From: a virus | Strand: one strand, 5' to 3' | IMG/VR virus record: IMGVR_UViG_3300045988_134731 | Location: 64,001 to 128,000 of that record | Length of the DNA: 64,000 nucleotides | In this document: piece after piece, positions 1-9,637 of the stretch | Layout of the letters: the number at the start of each line of letters is the position of its first letter | Position numbering within the stretch: position 1 is the first letter of the stretch | Notes under the pieces: generated by a model | The model's database searches: none | What the model was told of the DNA's origin: nothing | The model's input: the letters and a program-made list of their open reading frames with translations, nothing else | Made by a program: the position numbers and the translations under genes

Positions 1-664
1 CCTTAAAAGCTTTCTCTTGAGTTTCATAATATCCCAAATATTCTTTCTTTGATTTACCTGTTTCAAAATTGTATACACGACAACGTACTTGATATTTACC
101 ATTTTTGCAGAGTGTTGCACCTATAGGCGAATCACCTCTATTTTTATTATTTTTAGTAAATAAACTATTAATAGTTTGAGGTACATAAATGCATGTATCT
201 GGAGAATATATTTTATTTCCTTTACAAAGTATATCTTTATCCAAATGCATCGTCTCTTCTCCTACTTTATAATAATTTTTACTATCCCAATATCCAAAAT
301 TTTGAAAGTTTAAAAATTCTTCCGATACTTCACAATCTATATAAGTTGGGTTTCTATCTCTATATTCTTCATTATAACACCTTTCTAGCATACCATTCCA
401 TGTGTTATAACATCTTGTATGTCTATTATTTTCACCTGTTTTATATTTCCCTTCTCCGACACAACCCATGCCAAATACACGTTTCTCATAAGGACATTTA
501 ATTTCTCCTTTTTTAAAATTGCTATATCGTCTATTTTTAGCTACCCAATCGTATTCTGGAAAATATATATCCACATCGTTCCATTTTCTATATTCAATTA
601 TTATCATCTCACTTCCAAATGTATTGTAACCTTTCTCACCTGTTCTATCATTTTTACTCCCCAT
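1..664 (-). CDS. AP2-like DNA-binding protein, N-terminal ~220 codons (C-terminus lies left of the window); one of four paralogs
   Basis: Reverse translation from ATG 662-664 (GGAGGG RBS at 671-676) reads MGSKNDRTGEKGYNTFGSEMI...LGYYETQEKAFK. It is collinear with the 259-aa ORFs at 16729, 24776 and 34984. It runs off the window, so it is absent from the ORF track. Confidence 0.7.
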   Translation of the reverse strand, partial: MGSKNDRTGEKGYNTFGSEMIIIEYRKWNDVDIYFPEYDWVAKNRRYSNFKKGEIKCPYEKRVFGMGCVGEGKYKTGENNRHTRCYNTWNGMLERCYNEEYRDRNPTYIDCEVSEEFLNFQNFGYWDSKNYYKVGEETMHLDKDILCKGNKIYSPDTCIYVPQTINSLFTKNNKNRGDSPIGATLCKNGKYQVRCRVYNFETGKSKKEYLGYYETQEKAFK

Positions 665-676
665 TAATATCCCTCC

Positions 677-1915
677 TTAAATAAAAAATACTGAATTATT
701 CTCATCGACTGCTATTATTTTAGCACTATTACCTTTAGTTCTTAATTCATCTTCTATAGTATCTCTAAATTTATATTTACCGTCTTTATCACTATGATGT
801 ATTAATATTAACGGTGTATTTATATTAAACATAAAATCTATATTCTCGTTAGCCATTATATGAGATGACCAAGTATTCATTTCATATATTTTGCATTTTT
901 TCTTATATTCTAATCCTTCTATTTTTATAGTTTTATTGTCTTTTCTTTGAAGTTCTCTACCTATAGTACCTATTCCACAATACCCTACCATTATAATAGT
1001 AGAATCTTTATCTTCAACCATTGTTTTTAAATGGTTTAATATTCGCCCTTGAGTATACATACCACCACCAGAGATAACAATTTTCTTTTCATTATTAGTT
1101 GCTACACTTAAGCTATTTTGATAATCCTTTACATAAATAAAATTTTTCCAATTTAACACTTCTCTAAAATATTCTTTTTCTTCACCTTGTAATATTTCTA
1201 AATAAGCATTAGTGATAGAATGACATAATTTCCCATCTACATATATCTTTGTATCAAAATTAGGGTCGTCTTTAAAACATTCATACAAATATATCATCAA
1301 GTTTTGAGTTCTTGACTGTGCAAATGCCCCAAATAGTATTCTTTTGTTTTTACTTAATTCTTTTTTAATTATTTCTTTTAATTTGATTCTTTCCTTTTCT
1401 ACTTGTTTTTTAGATTTAAATCCTCTATTTAAATCATTATATGTCCCTTCTACTATACTTACACTAGAAGATTGTATATTATCCCTTTTTAATACAAATG
1501 GTGCTTTATTATAATTGCTACCCAAATCAGATGTTATATGAATTTTTTTAGTGTTTCCAGATAGAGTTTTTATGTAAAGAATCAATTGACAGCCACCTAA
1601 AATATGCCCAGAATTAACAAACTCATAACACACTCTATCATTTAATTTATATACTTTATGCATTTCTTTATCTATTACATTATTCATTAGTAGATATACA
1701 TCGCTTTCACTATATAAAGGTTCTACTTTATATTTCTGCTTTTGCAATGCTTTAACATTTCTTTCTATTATGTATGCCCCATCAAGTAGTAACGGTTCTA
1801 ATAGTAATCTATTTTCTCTAGTAGTTATTAAAGGTACTGATATATGATTACTTATTAAAGAAGGGAGATTCCCAATATGGTCTAGCTTCAAAGATGTGTA
1901 TGTAGGATAAAACAA
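677..1915 (-). CDS. beta-CASP metallo-beta-lactamase-fold nuclease, C-terminal fragment (frame-shifted relative to 1888..2580)
   Basis: Contains DHIG (second half of HxHxDH), NSGHILGG, ITSDLG, VEGTY, SSH and LIHHSD, matching MBL and beta-CASP motifs. The ORF-track start is a TTG without an RBS, so it looks like a continuation of the upstream ORF. Confidence 0.65.
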   Translation of the reverse strand: MFYPTYTSLKLDHIGNLPSLISNHISVPLITTRENRLLLEPLLLDGAYIIERNVKALQKQKYKVEPLYSESDVYLLMNNVIDKEMHKVYKLNDRVCYEFVNSGHILGGCQLILYIKTLSGNTKKIHITSDLGSNYNKAPFVLKRDNIQSSSVSIVEGTYNDLNRGFKSKKQVEKERIKLKEIIKKELSKNKRILFGAFAQSRTQNLMIYLYECFKDDPNFDTKIYVDGKLCHSITNAYLEILQGEEKEYFREVLNWKNFIYVKDYQNSLSVATNNEKKIVISGGGMYTQGRILNHLKTMVEDKDSTIIMVGYCGIGTIGRELQRKDNKTIKIEGLEYKKKCKIYEMNTWSSHIMANENIDFMFNINTPLILIHHSDKDGKYKFRDTIEDELRTKGNSAKIIAVDENNSVFFI

Positions 1916-2580
1916 GCTTGTAGATTGTCTATTCTACTTAACACATCATCAACCACCCCCTTATTAGCTTTATATTCGTCATATAAACTTCCATTACCTT
2001 GACTTTGTCCAAATTCAACTAACAATCTTTCATATTTATTATCACCTACTGGATAAGATACAATTATTGCACTCCCTGTTACTTGTGTTTTACTACTCCC
2101 TGCAAAATCTATTATAATTTTATCTTTATTCTTTTTAGATATATCATAATGTTTATGCTTTTTATCTTTTTTCTTTTTAATATATAAATTATTTCTTCTA
2201 CAGTCTAGTATATCTTGTGACACAAAGTTTATTTTTTCGTTTGTATTCAATATATAATTTTGAAGTGGTACAATCTTACCATTTATTTTTGCTGTGACAC
2301 AAGATGCATTTTTATCCCATCTAATATCTTTTATTAATTCATAATCATCTTTATCAATTAAAACTTTATCTTCTAGCTCCTCTTGAAATTCGTCATATAA
2401 CTTCATTTCATAATGTTTAGGATATTCTTCATATTCATTTAAATCTATTTCTGTTCTTCTATTATCTTCTAAAGGAAATCCATATTTTTTTATCTGTAAA
2501 TAATGCTTATTACATAATTCCCTTTTTATATTGTCCCCATCCGTTAGTTCTCTTCCACAAATTTTGCAGTGTCTGTTCAT
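1888..2580 (-). CDS. N-terminal fragment of the same nuclease (CxxC zinc-finger domain plus first MBL motifs), ending FILHTHL-stop
   Basis: N-terminus MNRHCKICGRE...CNKHY. VTGSAIIVS...LLVEFGQSQG resembles MBL motif 1, and HTH is the first half of HxHxDH. It overlaps the next ORF by 28 nt in another frame. Confidence 0.6.
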   Translation of the reverse strand: MNRHCKICGRELTDGDNIKRELCNKHYLQIKKYGFPLEDNRRTEIDLNEYEEYPKHYEMKLYDEFQEELEDKVLIDKDDYELIKDIRWDKNASCVTAKINGKIVPLQNYILNTNEKINFVSQDILDCRRNNLYIKKKKDKKHKHYDISKKNKDKIIIDFAGSSKTQVTGSAIIVSYPVGDNKYERLLVEFGQSQGNGSLYDEYKANKGVVDDVLSRIDNLQACFILHTHL

Positions 2581-2653
2581 ATCTTTATCTCTCCTTTATA
2601 GTTTTGTATGCTATTAATAAATCTTTCTGACACTTTATCTTTATAGTACATAA

Positions 2654-2785
2654 CTACTTCTTTGATATTTTTTCTTTTTCAGTTGTAAACATTCCTTTAG
2701 TTCTCAATTCTTCATAGCAACTTTCGCAATAACTTAGCTCTCCATTTTTTAATTTCTTTCCACAATGAATACAATATTTACTCAT
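2654..2785 (-). CDS. small zinc-ribbon protein (43 aa)
   Basis: Below the ORF-track length cutoff. ATG at 2783-2785 is preceded by AGGAGAA. Translation is MSKYCIHCGKKLKNGELSYCESCYEEL..., with two CxxC pairs. Confidence 0.45.
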   Translation of the reverse strand: MSKYCIHCGKKLKNGELSYCESCYEELRTKGMFTTEKEKISKK

Positions 2786-2851
2786 ATCTTTATTCTCCTT
2801 TCTAGGAGGATTGATTCCTCCCTCTTTGTATTATAAAATTTATTAATTATT

Positions 2852-3268
2852 TTAATAGTAATTTTCCGATAATGCCGTTATTAAACTCATTATTTTAGTT
2901 ACGTCTTTATAATTCATGGTATTTATTTTAATTTTAAATTTTCCAGAATAATCTATTTGAATATTATTTTGTATTAAATCCCACAAATCTATTTTTATTA
3001 TTTTTTCAATTCCTTTATGTTCTTCTTCTCTATTAATCTTTACGCATTTTACTATTGCATTCGTTCCAACTTCATAAGTTATTTTTTTATAAATCACTTG
3101 CCAGAATCCTACTGTATTTACTTTAACCAAATCAACATTCTCTTTATTTATTAATTTCATAACTTCATCCAAACCTTGCACTATTTCAAATTTAATTAAC
3201 TTTTCATCTTCAATTAAACTAATCCCCATAATCAAATTTACGTCACCATCTACGCCTAGCACTTTCAT
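2852..3268 (-). CDS. hypothetical protein
   Basis: ORF with a GGAGG RBS, starting 3 nt after the stop of the ClpP-like gene. No motif recognised. Confidence 0.6.
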   Translation of the reverse strand: MKVLGVDGDVNLIMGISLIEDEKLIKFEIVQGLDEVMKLINKENVDLVKVNTVGFWQVIYKKITYEVGTNAIVKCVKINREEEHKGIEKIIKIDLWDLIQNNIQIDYSGKFKIKINTMNYKDVTKIMSLITALSENYY

Positions 3269-3270
3269 TA

Positions 3271-4365
3271 TTAATCCTCCGATTCTTCTCTAAAATATTC
3301 ACAATCAAAGACGTCATCAATGAATGCGCATTTATGAAAGTCTGTACATTTATTGTAGTCTGGACAGAAATGACAACAAATATTAGTTCCACGATGTAAC
3401 CCACATTCAGTTGGTTCTTCACATTCTTTTATATCTTCTTGTTTATTTTCTTTACAAGTGCAATCTTCACAAGGCACTTCACATTCACATTCACTATCTA
3501 ATTCATCTAATTTATTCTCCATATGTTCACATATATCTGCTTTTTCTGCATATTTACATAATTTATCACATTTATCAAAGTCCTCGCCTAATACCTCTTT
3601 AACAGCTTCCCCTAATGTCATATCTGGTTCTGTATCTCCCTCTATTTCTTTTATTTTATCTTGTATTTCTTTTTCTGTAGGTTTAGGTTCGTCTGGTACT
3701 ATATTAACCAACCCCTTCATCTCTTCAATAAAAGCATCCCATTCACTTTGTGTCATTTCTTCTTTATCCATATCTTCTAATGCTTTTGCTAATCGCTCTT
3801 CTTCGCTAGGCTCTTCCTTTATTATTCCATATTCCATGGCTTTATCAAAATCTATCCAAAAATCACGTCCTTTATATTTATCCAAAACTTCTTGCGTTAA
3901 ACCAGTATCTCTAGTAACTATATCGTCTAATATTTTTTGTATTTTATTCATTCTTTTAGTTTCACTCTCTAAATCACTTAATTTGTCCATTCTCATCATA
4001 GACATTTCATGATACATTAAACTACCAAATTTGCTCATTGTTCTATAATCGCAAGCACAAAACAAATACATTCCTGCTGAATAGGCGTGACTACTTGTTC
4101 TTGCCTTAAATATTATTCCTTGTTCTTGCTTCATCCTTTCCATTAAATCATATATTTCTAAAAATTTATATAAATCTCCCCCGTTACTATTTATTCTAAA
4201 TTCTACTACATCAGCGTATAATGGTAGATAATCACTTTGATATTTTAATCTTTCATTTGTTTCAATTATAGCTTTATTTTTATCATATATATCTAATAGT
4301 TCATTAACTACATAATTTCCTAATTCAGCATCAAGTTCCCCAGTAAAGTTTATTATTCTTTCCAT
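3271..4365 (-). CDS. ClpP/S14-family serine protease-like protein with an acidic, cysteine-rich C-terminal extension
   Basis: NSNGGDLY, AYSAGMYL (Ser) and LMYHEMS (His) resemble the ClpP core. The last ~110 aa carry 17 Cys among many D/E residues. Confidence 0.6.
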   Translation of the reverse strand: MERIINFTGELDAELGNYVVNELLDIYDKNKAIIETNERLKYQSDYLPLYADVVEFRINSNGGDLYKFLEIYDLMERMKQEQGIIFKARTSSHAYSAGMYLFCACDYRTMSKFGSLMYHEMSMMRMDKLSDLESETKRMNKIQKILDDIVTRDTGLTQEVLDKYKGRDFWIDFDKAMEYGIIKEEPSEEERLAKALEDMDKEEMTQSEWDAFIEEMKGLVNIVPDEPKPTEKEIQDKIKEIEGDTEPDMTLGEAVKEVLGEDFDKCDKLCKYAEKADICEHMENKLDELDSECECEVPCEDCTCKENKQEDIKECEEPTECGLHRGTNICCHFCPDYNKCTDFHKCAFIDDVFDCEYFREESED

Positions 4366-4564
4366 AATATCTATCCTCCTTGAATTATTAATTATTTTTA
4401 ATTACATATTTATTGTTAAATCATTTTCTTCATATAAACCGTATTTAATCGCTAAATCTTTTATTACAATTAATATTGCCTCAATTAATAACTTGTCTTC
4501 ATTTATTATGTCTAGTTTACTTATTTTATCTGCTTTTGTTTTACTTACACCATTTTTAATAGCG

Positions 4565-5230
4565 TTATTTTTTCAATCTAGTATTTAAATTTACTCCAAA
4601 TCTACTATCTATTTCTTTATATATTTCATCATATACAACCTTATGGTTTATACCAGTTTTATATGTTATCTTATTAACCATATTTTTCACATCTGTTCTC
4701 CAATTATCTTTCGACAATGATATTAAGTCTTGTATATTATCTAATGAATTTTGAAGTCCTTTTATATCTTTTTCCATTTGTTTCTGTTTTAATTCTTGTT
4801 CAACCATACTATCAAATAATATTTTGAATGACTGAAGATTAGGTGATAATTCTGTTGTGTCTATTGTTTGCATTTGTGCTGATTCCATTTCGTTGAAACG
4901 TTTAACATATTTTGCTGTAAATAATATTCCTTTTTCACCAGTCATTTTGTTTGCTAACATTTCACAACCCATTTTAGTACATTCATAACATTTCCTGTTT
5001 TCTCCTTTGGCATCCATATAAGTGCTTTCTATAAAATAATCTAACGGTGGGAGTTCTCCTTTCGTTAAAGTCGGTATTATTCCTACTATTTTAGTTTTGC
5101 CATTTTTATCGACTTGACCTTCTAGCATTTTTAATACATCTCCATGACTTCTCTCCATCATTTTAGCAACCTCTGTGCTCGGTATAGTTTTTATCTTTTC
5201 ATTTTTATTTATATCAATTATATTACTCAT
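4565..5230 (-). CDS. Rha-family phage regulatory protein (start trimmed to ATG at 5230)
   Basis: IPSTEVAKMMERSHGDVLKMLEG matches the Rha N-terminal signature. The GGGAGAG RBS fits MSNIID rather than the ORF-track GTG. Confidence 0.55.
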   Translation of the reverse strand: MSNIIDINKNEKIKTIPSTEVAKMMERSHGDVLKMLEGQVDKNGKTKIVGIIPTLTKGELPPLDYFIESTYMDAKGENRKCYECTKMGCEMLANKMTGEKGILFTAKYVKRFNEMESAQMQTIDTTELSPNLQSFKILFDSMVEQELKQKQMEKDIKGLQNSLDNIQDLISLSKDNWRTDVKNMVNKITYKTGINHKVVYDEIYKEIDSRFGVNLNTRLKK

Positions 5231-5327
5231 ATTTCTCACTCTCCCTTTTATTAATTGTTTTTAATCCCTTACTATTTTTGTCGAGGTATTTCAATAAGTT
5301 TACATTTTAATCACCTTCTTATTATAG

Positions 5328-5359
5328 TATTATCAAAACTGTTATTGAAATTACCTATG
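5328..5359 (-). promoter_or_regulatory. class-2 promoter-like element (CATAGGTAAT-N14-TGATAATA)
   Basis: The 32-nt geometry is identical to the other eight copies. It is followed by an RBS and an ATG-TAA start-stop at 5300-5305. Confidence 0.45.
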
Positions 5360-5438
5360 ATTTAAAATTTATATTTCATATTATCTCCCCTAATAGTAAT
5401 GATTATATCATACCTATATTATTTGTCAATATATTTTA

Positions 5439-6020
5439 TTAATTATTTTCATATGAATTTGATAAAAAATATAATACATCACATATATCAATATCTTTAT
5501 TCTGTTTCATTTTTTTACAATCCTCGTGATAAACGCAATCATTACAAAAATTCACACCTGTATCTTGGTAAATGTAATCTAATATTTTTATAGCTTTTTC
5601 TCCTATATTTCTTTTTACTTTAGCTTGTTTAACTTCTTTATTTATATTTATTTTTATTTTATTAAATCTTAATAAACGTGATTCTTGATAAAAATTAGAA
5701 TAATCGCCTTCCCAAATCATATATAAATTGTTTATGTCTCCATTTTTATATCTTATTTCTATAGAAGTTATATCATCATAATCAACAATACGTTGAAATG
5801 GATTAAAATATTCTTTATATAAAGAGTCCTGTATTTTATCTACTCCTTCTATAATACATGAAAGAGAATAAGAATCATCATTTGCTTTTTCTATTTCTAA
5901 GCTTTTAAAGCTTTCAATCGGTATTCTCATATATTCACAATTTTCAAAAATAAAATCTATAGATTCTATATTTTTATCGCACACTTCATTACTATCTGTA
6001 ATTTTAATACATCTTTCCAT
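5439..6020 (-). CDS. hypothetical protein
   Basis: ORF with a GGAGGG RBS. It ends in NN-stop inside the 15-mer. Confidence 0.6.
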   Translation of the reverse strand: MERCIKITDSNEVCDKNIESIDFIFENCEYMRIPIESFKSLEIEKANDDSYSLSCIIEGVDKIQDSLYKEYFNPFQRIVDYDDITSIEIRYKNGDINNLYMIWEGDYSNFYQESRLLRFNKIKININKEVKQAKVKRNIGEKAIKILDYIYQDTGVNFCNDCVYHEDCKKMKQNKDIDICDVLYFLSNSYENN

Positions 6021-6092
6021 AATATTCCCTCCTAATAAAAATATATTAAAATATCACTAAATTGCAACAAACTCTAAAGTGATATAAATAAA

Positions 6093-6881
6093 TTATAATG
6101 AAATACTTTCTATTCTATCCTTAGCTATGTTAAAATAGTTTTTATCAAGTTCTATACCAATAAATTTTCGATTTAAATTCATACAGGCTACACCTGTACT
6201 TCCACTACCCATAGTAAAGTCTAATACCAAATCCCCTTTATCAGTATAAGTTTTTACAAGATACTCAAGCAATGTTACTGGCTTTTGAGTAGGATGTTTA
6301 ACAAATTCTTTGCTATTAGGTCTTAAAGAGTTAAACTTTAATATTGTACTAGGATTTTTTAAATTAGCATTATATTTACTACTATTAACTTCTATATATC
6401 CCAATGCGTTTTGTTCACTCGTTGAATTATGAAATACATAACCTGTTTTATGTGCCTGTTCTATTCTTTTACTTTTTCTAGGAATCATTTGCTTATTGTA
6501 TTTACATTGCTTTTTATAAAATACACTTATAATTTCATGATAATTTAATGGTTGTCTATTGGCATTACCTATATTTGAAGGATTACTTTTTTCCCATATC
6601 CAATCATACTTAAAATCTTTAATATTGCTCAATCTCAATTCACTACTAAATGGTTCAGCTCCAAATAATATTATAGGTGTGATTTCTTTTGTTAACTTTT
6701 CAAGCCTTTCCCACATTTTATCATAAGGAATTGGATTATCCCATTTTGTTTTGTTTTTATTTAATTTTCCATAAGGAGGGTCAGTTATTATTGCATCAAA
6801 CTTAACTCCTAAAGATATTAACCTATCCATAACCTCCAAACAATCCCCTTGATATAATTTATATCTTTCATTTTCAAACAT
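6093..6881 (-). CDS. DNA methyltransferase (N6-adenine/N4-cytosine type, beta-class motif order)
   Basis: Contains DAIITDPPYGK (motif IV) followed by FTMGSGSTGVAC (motif I). It is a paralog of 50962..51705. Confidence 0.8.
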   Translation of the reverse strand: MFENERYKLYQGDCLEVMDRLISLGVKFDAIITDPPYGKLNKNKTKWDNPIPYDKMWERLEKLTKEITPIILFGAEPFSSELRLSNIKDFKYDWIWEKSNPSNIGNANRQPLNYHEIISVFYKKQCKYNKQMIPRKSKRIEQAHKTGYVFHNSTSEQNALGYIEVNSSKYNANLKNPSTILKFNSLRPNSKEFVKHPTQKPVTLLEYLVKTYTDKGDLVLDFTMGSGSTGVACMNLNRKFIGIELDKNYFNIAKDRIESISL

Positions 6882-6892
6882 CTAATCTCCTC

Positions 6893-7120
6893 CTAATAAA
6901 AATATATTAGTTTTAAGCCATTTCCTATAGTTAATTTGATTCCTTTAAACGTTTTCAATTCGTAACCGTCATCAAAATTAAAAAACAATTTTAAATATTT
7001 TAATAATCCTTCATAAGTATATTCGTCAATGATTACTCCAGTCGGTTCTTTTTGTTTTAGCGATATATATTTTTCTAGCTCCTCTTCAAAATATTCATAA
7101 TATATTTTATAATTATTCAT
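6893..7120 (-). CDS. hypothetical protein
   Basis: ORF with a GGAGGGG RBS. Confidence 0.55.
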   Translation of the reverse strand: MNNYKIYYEYFEEELEKYISLKQKEPTGVIIDEYTYEGLLKYLKLFFNFDDGYELKTFKGIKLTIGNGLKLIYFY

Positions 7121-7132
7121 AATATCCCCTCC

Positions 7133-8395
7133 TTAATCATAACTAACTTCTTTACCTAATTCTCTAATACATTTAAAAACTGGAAACCTTAAAGATAATC
7201 CTCCTTTATCGTTATAGGTTTCTTCAAAGTATTGTATTTCAGCTATACGATTTAAATATTCTTCTTGATTATTCCAAATTTGTTCTCTTTGTTTATCATC
7301 AAATCCACTTCCTACGCCAAGCTGACAACCTTTATAATCACATATAAGGTTACCTAATACACCTTTATATTTACCGTCACCCTCTTCAAAACCTATGATT
7401 TTTAAATCACAAGAGTTCATTACTTTTAATTTTAATAATGTTTTGCTTCTTTTAAATTCATATGATTTGTCAAGATTAATCATACAACCTTCTGCACCAT
7501 TTTGTCTGTATTTATTTAAAATTTCTAAAACTTTATCATTATCCTTTCCATGATATAATACAGGAGTTACTTTTAAAAATTCAGTCTCTTTGATATTTTC
7601 TAACACACTTCTTCTGATTGAATAAATATCAGTTTTTTTCTTACCTTCAAATTCGTCTAATGTAATAATATCAAACAGCATATACTTAACACCTGTTTTA
7701 ACTTCATTTTTAGTAGATATTATTTTCATAGTGTCTTTATATACACTCTCATAATCACTATTTATTGCTAATAATTCACCGTCTAAACAAACATTATTTA
7801 AACCTGTTTGTTTTATTGATTCTAATACTTCAGTCAATCCCGTTATTTCCTTGTTTTGTCTACTCTTCATAGTTATTTTTCCATTTTTAATAATTGTAAA
7901 GCATCTCTGACCATCCATCTTTTCTGTGATAAATTTATCACCTTTGGGTAATTTATTTAAATCAGCTTTACTACCAAGCATAATATCAAATGTAGGTATA
8001 AATTCATAACCTAAAGCTTTATTAACCGTTTTAGCATCAGCACCCATCTTTAATTTTTTAGTAAATAATCCTCTACAAAATTCTTTTAAATCCTCTTCTT
8101 GAATAGATATAAATAATTTTACAAGTGATATATCTCTGTCCGTACCTGTATTATGTGTTTTTAAGTATTCAAACATATCCGTTATTTTTACATATACGTC
8201 ATTACTCAAAGGTACATCTTTATTAATTTTTTTATCACTTAATCCAGTTTGGATATTGTCATCAAGTAAAAATTTCAAACATTCTAAGAATAATTCATTA
8301 TCTCCATTTTGTTTTATTATTGATTCTTTACTCTTTTTACCACTTACACCTGCAATTTTATCAAATATTTCCTTTACTCTTCTTAATTCTCCCAT
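7133..8395 (-). CDS. ATP-dependent DNA ligase
   Basis: TEKMDGQR carries the KxDG adenylation motif. Size and downstream motifs (LDGELL, EGCMI, LLKLK) are consistent. Confidence 0.8.
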   Translation of the reverse strand: MGELRRVKEIFDKIAGVSGKKSKESIIKQNGDNELFLECLKFLLDDNIQTGLSDKKINKDVPLSNDVYVKITDMFEYLKTHNTGTDRDISLVKLFISIQEEDLKEFCRGLFTKKLKMGADAKTVNKALGYEFIPTFDIMLGSKADLNKLPKGDKFITEKMDGQRCFTIIKNGKITMKSRQNKEITGLTEVLESIKQTGLNNVCLDGELLAINSDYESVYKDTMKIISTKNEVKTGVKYMLFDIITLDEFEGKKKTDIYSIRRSVLENIKETEFLKVTPVLYHGKDNDKVLEILNKYRQNGAEGCMINLDKSYEFKRSKTLLKLKVMNSCDLKIIGFEEGDGKYKGVLGNLICDYKGCQLGVGSGFDDKQREQIWNNQEEYLNRIAEIQYFEETYNDKGGLSLRFPVFKCIRELGKEVSYD

Positions 8396-8398
8396 GTA

Positions 8399-8557
8399 TT
8401 AATCCTCCTCATAAATATATTTTATATCACAATAATCTAATAAGATAAAAATATCTTTTAATGTATTTTTAATATCGTCACTTTGTATTGTTATTATTTC
8501 TTTATCTGATTCGTCATAAAATGTTATAAACTCCCCGAAACTACATTTAATTTTCAT
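8399..8557 (-). CDS. small hypothetical protein (52 aa)
   Basis: Below the ORF-track cutoff. It fills the gap between two genes, and its stop overlaps the ligase RBS. Its own RBS is weak. Confidence 0.4.
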   Translation of the reverse strand: MKIKCSFGEFITFYDESDKEIITIQSDDIKNTLKDIFILLDYCDIKYIYEED

Positions 8558-8560
8558 ATA

Positions 8561-9136
8561 TTATTCCTTTCTAGTTACATTATAATTATCTAATATCCAC
8601 TTAAATTCACAAGTTCCAACACTATAGTTATAATCACAACAATCACAACGAGGATGAGATTCACACATAGTTCTAAATGCTTTATACAAATCTTTTGCTG
8701 ATACAATCATTTCTTTTTTGGGTTTTTCTGCTAATTTAGCATATTCCCATGTAGTTATAAGGGAAGTATTCCAAGAAGTATCATAATCGTAAGTAAATAC
8801 CTTCCCATTTTTATATTCAGCAAAGTGTTTTCTTTGCCATTCCTCATCTTTAGAATTTCTAACTAACACTTTTGTATCAACGGGTACTTTAGCCCAATCT
8901 ACCTTTTCTCTTTTCCATATTGATTCATTACATGAATTAAATACTTCCATTATGTCATATTCATTGTCATTCATACTACACATGTCATCGTTATAACTTA
9001 CTAAAAAATAATGCAAATTTGAGGAATATTCATAAAGATTTATACCCTCAAGATATATTTCATTATTTAATATTAGAAATCTACTTTTATTTCTCATTTC
9101 AAAAAACATTCCATTTTTTAAATCATTTTTATTCAT
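8561..9136 (-). CDS. hypothetical protein, MNKxDLKNGM family (copy 1 of 3)
   Basis: Shares MNKNDLKNGM..., VDWAKVPVDTKVLVR and C-terminal CEFKWILDNYN with 9638 and 18149. Confidence 0.65.
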   Translation of the reverse strand: MNKNDLKNGMFFEMRNKSRFLILNNEIYLEGINLYEYSSNLHYFLVSYNDDMCSMNDNEYDIMEVFNSCNESIWKREKVDWAKVPVDTKVLVRNSKDEEWQRKHFAEYKNGKVFTYDYDTSWNTSLITTWEYAKLAEKPKKEMIVSAKDLYKAFRTMCESHPRCDCCDYNYSVGTCEFKWILDNYNVTRKE

Positions 9137-9150
9137 ATTAATATACCTCC

Positions 9151-9615
9151 TTAATTATATAAAAAAGAATACTTTACTTTATTGTCGTTATGTATTCCTA
9201 TTTTTACAAACTCTCTATAAAAATCTTCGTCTTTTATATTTTTTATATCCTCTTTCTTATCTAAATCAATAACCCATGAATCATCTCTGTTTCCTCTTTC
9301 ACGTTTCCAACTATTATCTTTCTCTATATTAATTCCAGTTAGTACAATTTTCTTTTCTTCGTTATTAAGTAAAACATTATAAGTAATATATATTCTATCT
9401 CCGTATTTTTTAAATTTTATTTTTATAATTTTTTCATTTTCTATATTATAATATGTATTTTTTATTAATCTATTAAGGTCGTTTGTCAAAACTCTTATGC
9501 TAGCATATGGATGTTTAATTGTGCAAGCCAAATCTAAGATTAAATCTTCGTAAAAATTTCCTTTATAGAATTCTCTATTGATTTTCATATCAAGATATTT
9601 ATTAATTTTATTCAT
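9151..9615 (-). CDS. hypothetical protein
   Basis: ORF with a GGAGG RBS. Confidence 0.6.
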   Translation of the reverse strand: MNKINKYLDMKINREFYKGNFYEDLILDLACTIKHPYASIRVLTNDLNRLIKNTYYNIENEKIIKIKFKKYGDRIYITYNVLLNNEEKKIVLTGINIEKDNSWKRERGNRDDSWVIDLDKKEDIKNIKDEDFYREFVKIGIHNDNKVKYSFLYN

Positions 9616-9637
9616 ATTTTAATCCTCCTATCCTCAC

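Noticed and set aside
193-667. Two overlapping plus-strand ORFs at the window start (193..501, 419..667)
   Set aside because: They are antisense to the partial AP2-like paralog, whose translation is collinear with three full-length copies elsewhere.
1888-1915. Programmed ribosomal frameshift joining the two beta-CASP ORFs
   Set aside because: There is no slippery heptamer or downstream structure. Any simple shift would also give non-canonical spacing of the zinc ligands. A disrupted gene or a sequence error seems more likely, so it is kept as a finding rather than a recoding call.
3458-4012. 184-aa plus-strand ORF (and the similar opposite-strand ORFs at 3411, 13653, 15553, 19792, 25286, 26680, 29151, 31490, 35455, 35990 and 41219, plus 49291, 51206, 53646, 54651, 55148 and 61496 on the minus strand)
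   Set aside because: Each lies entirely antisense to a longer ORF that has a good RBS and recognisable motifs. Their products are low-complexity and S/L/I/F-rich, and no RBS precedes them. They are shadow ORFs typical of AT-rich DNA.
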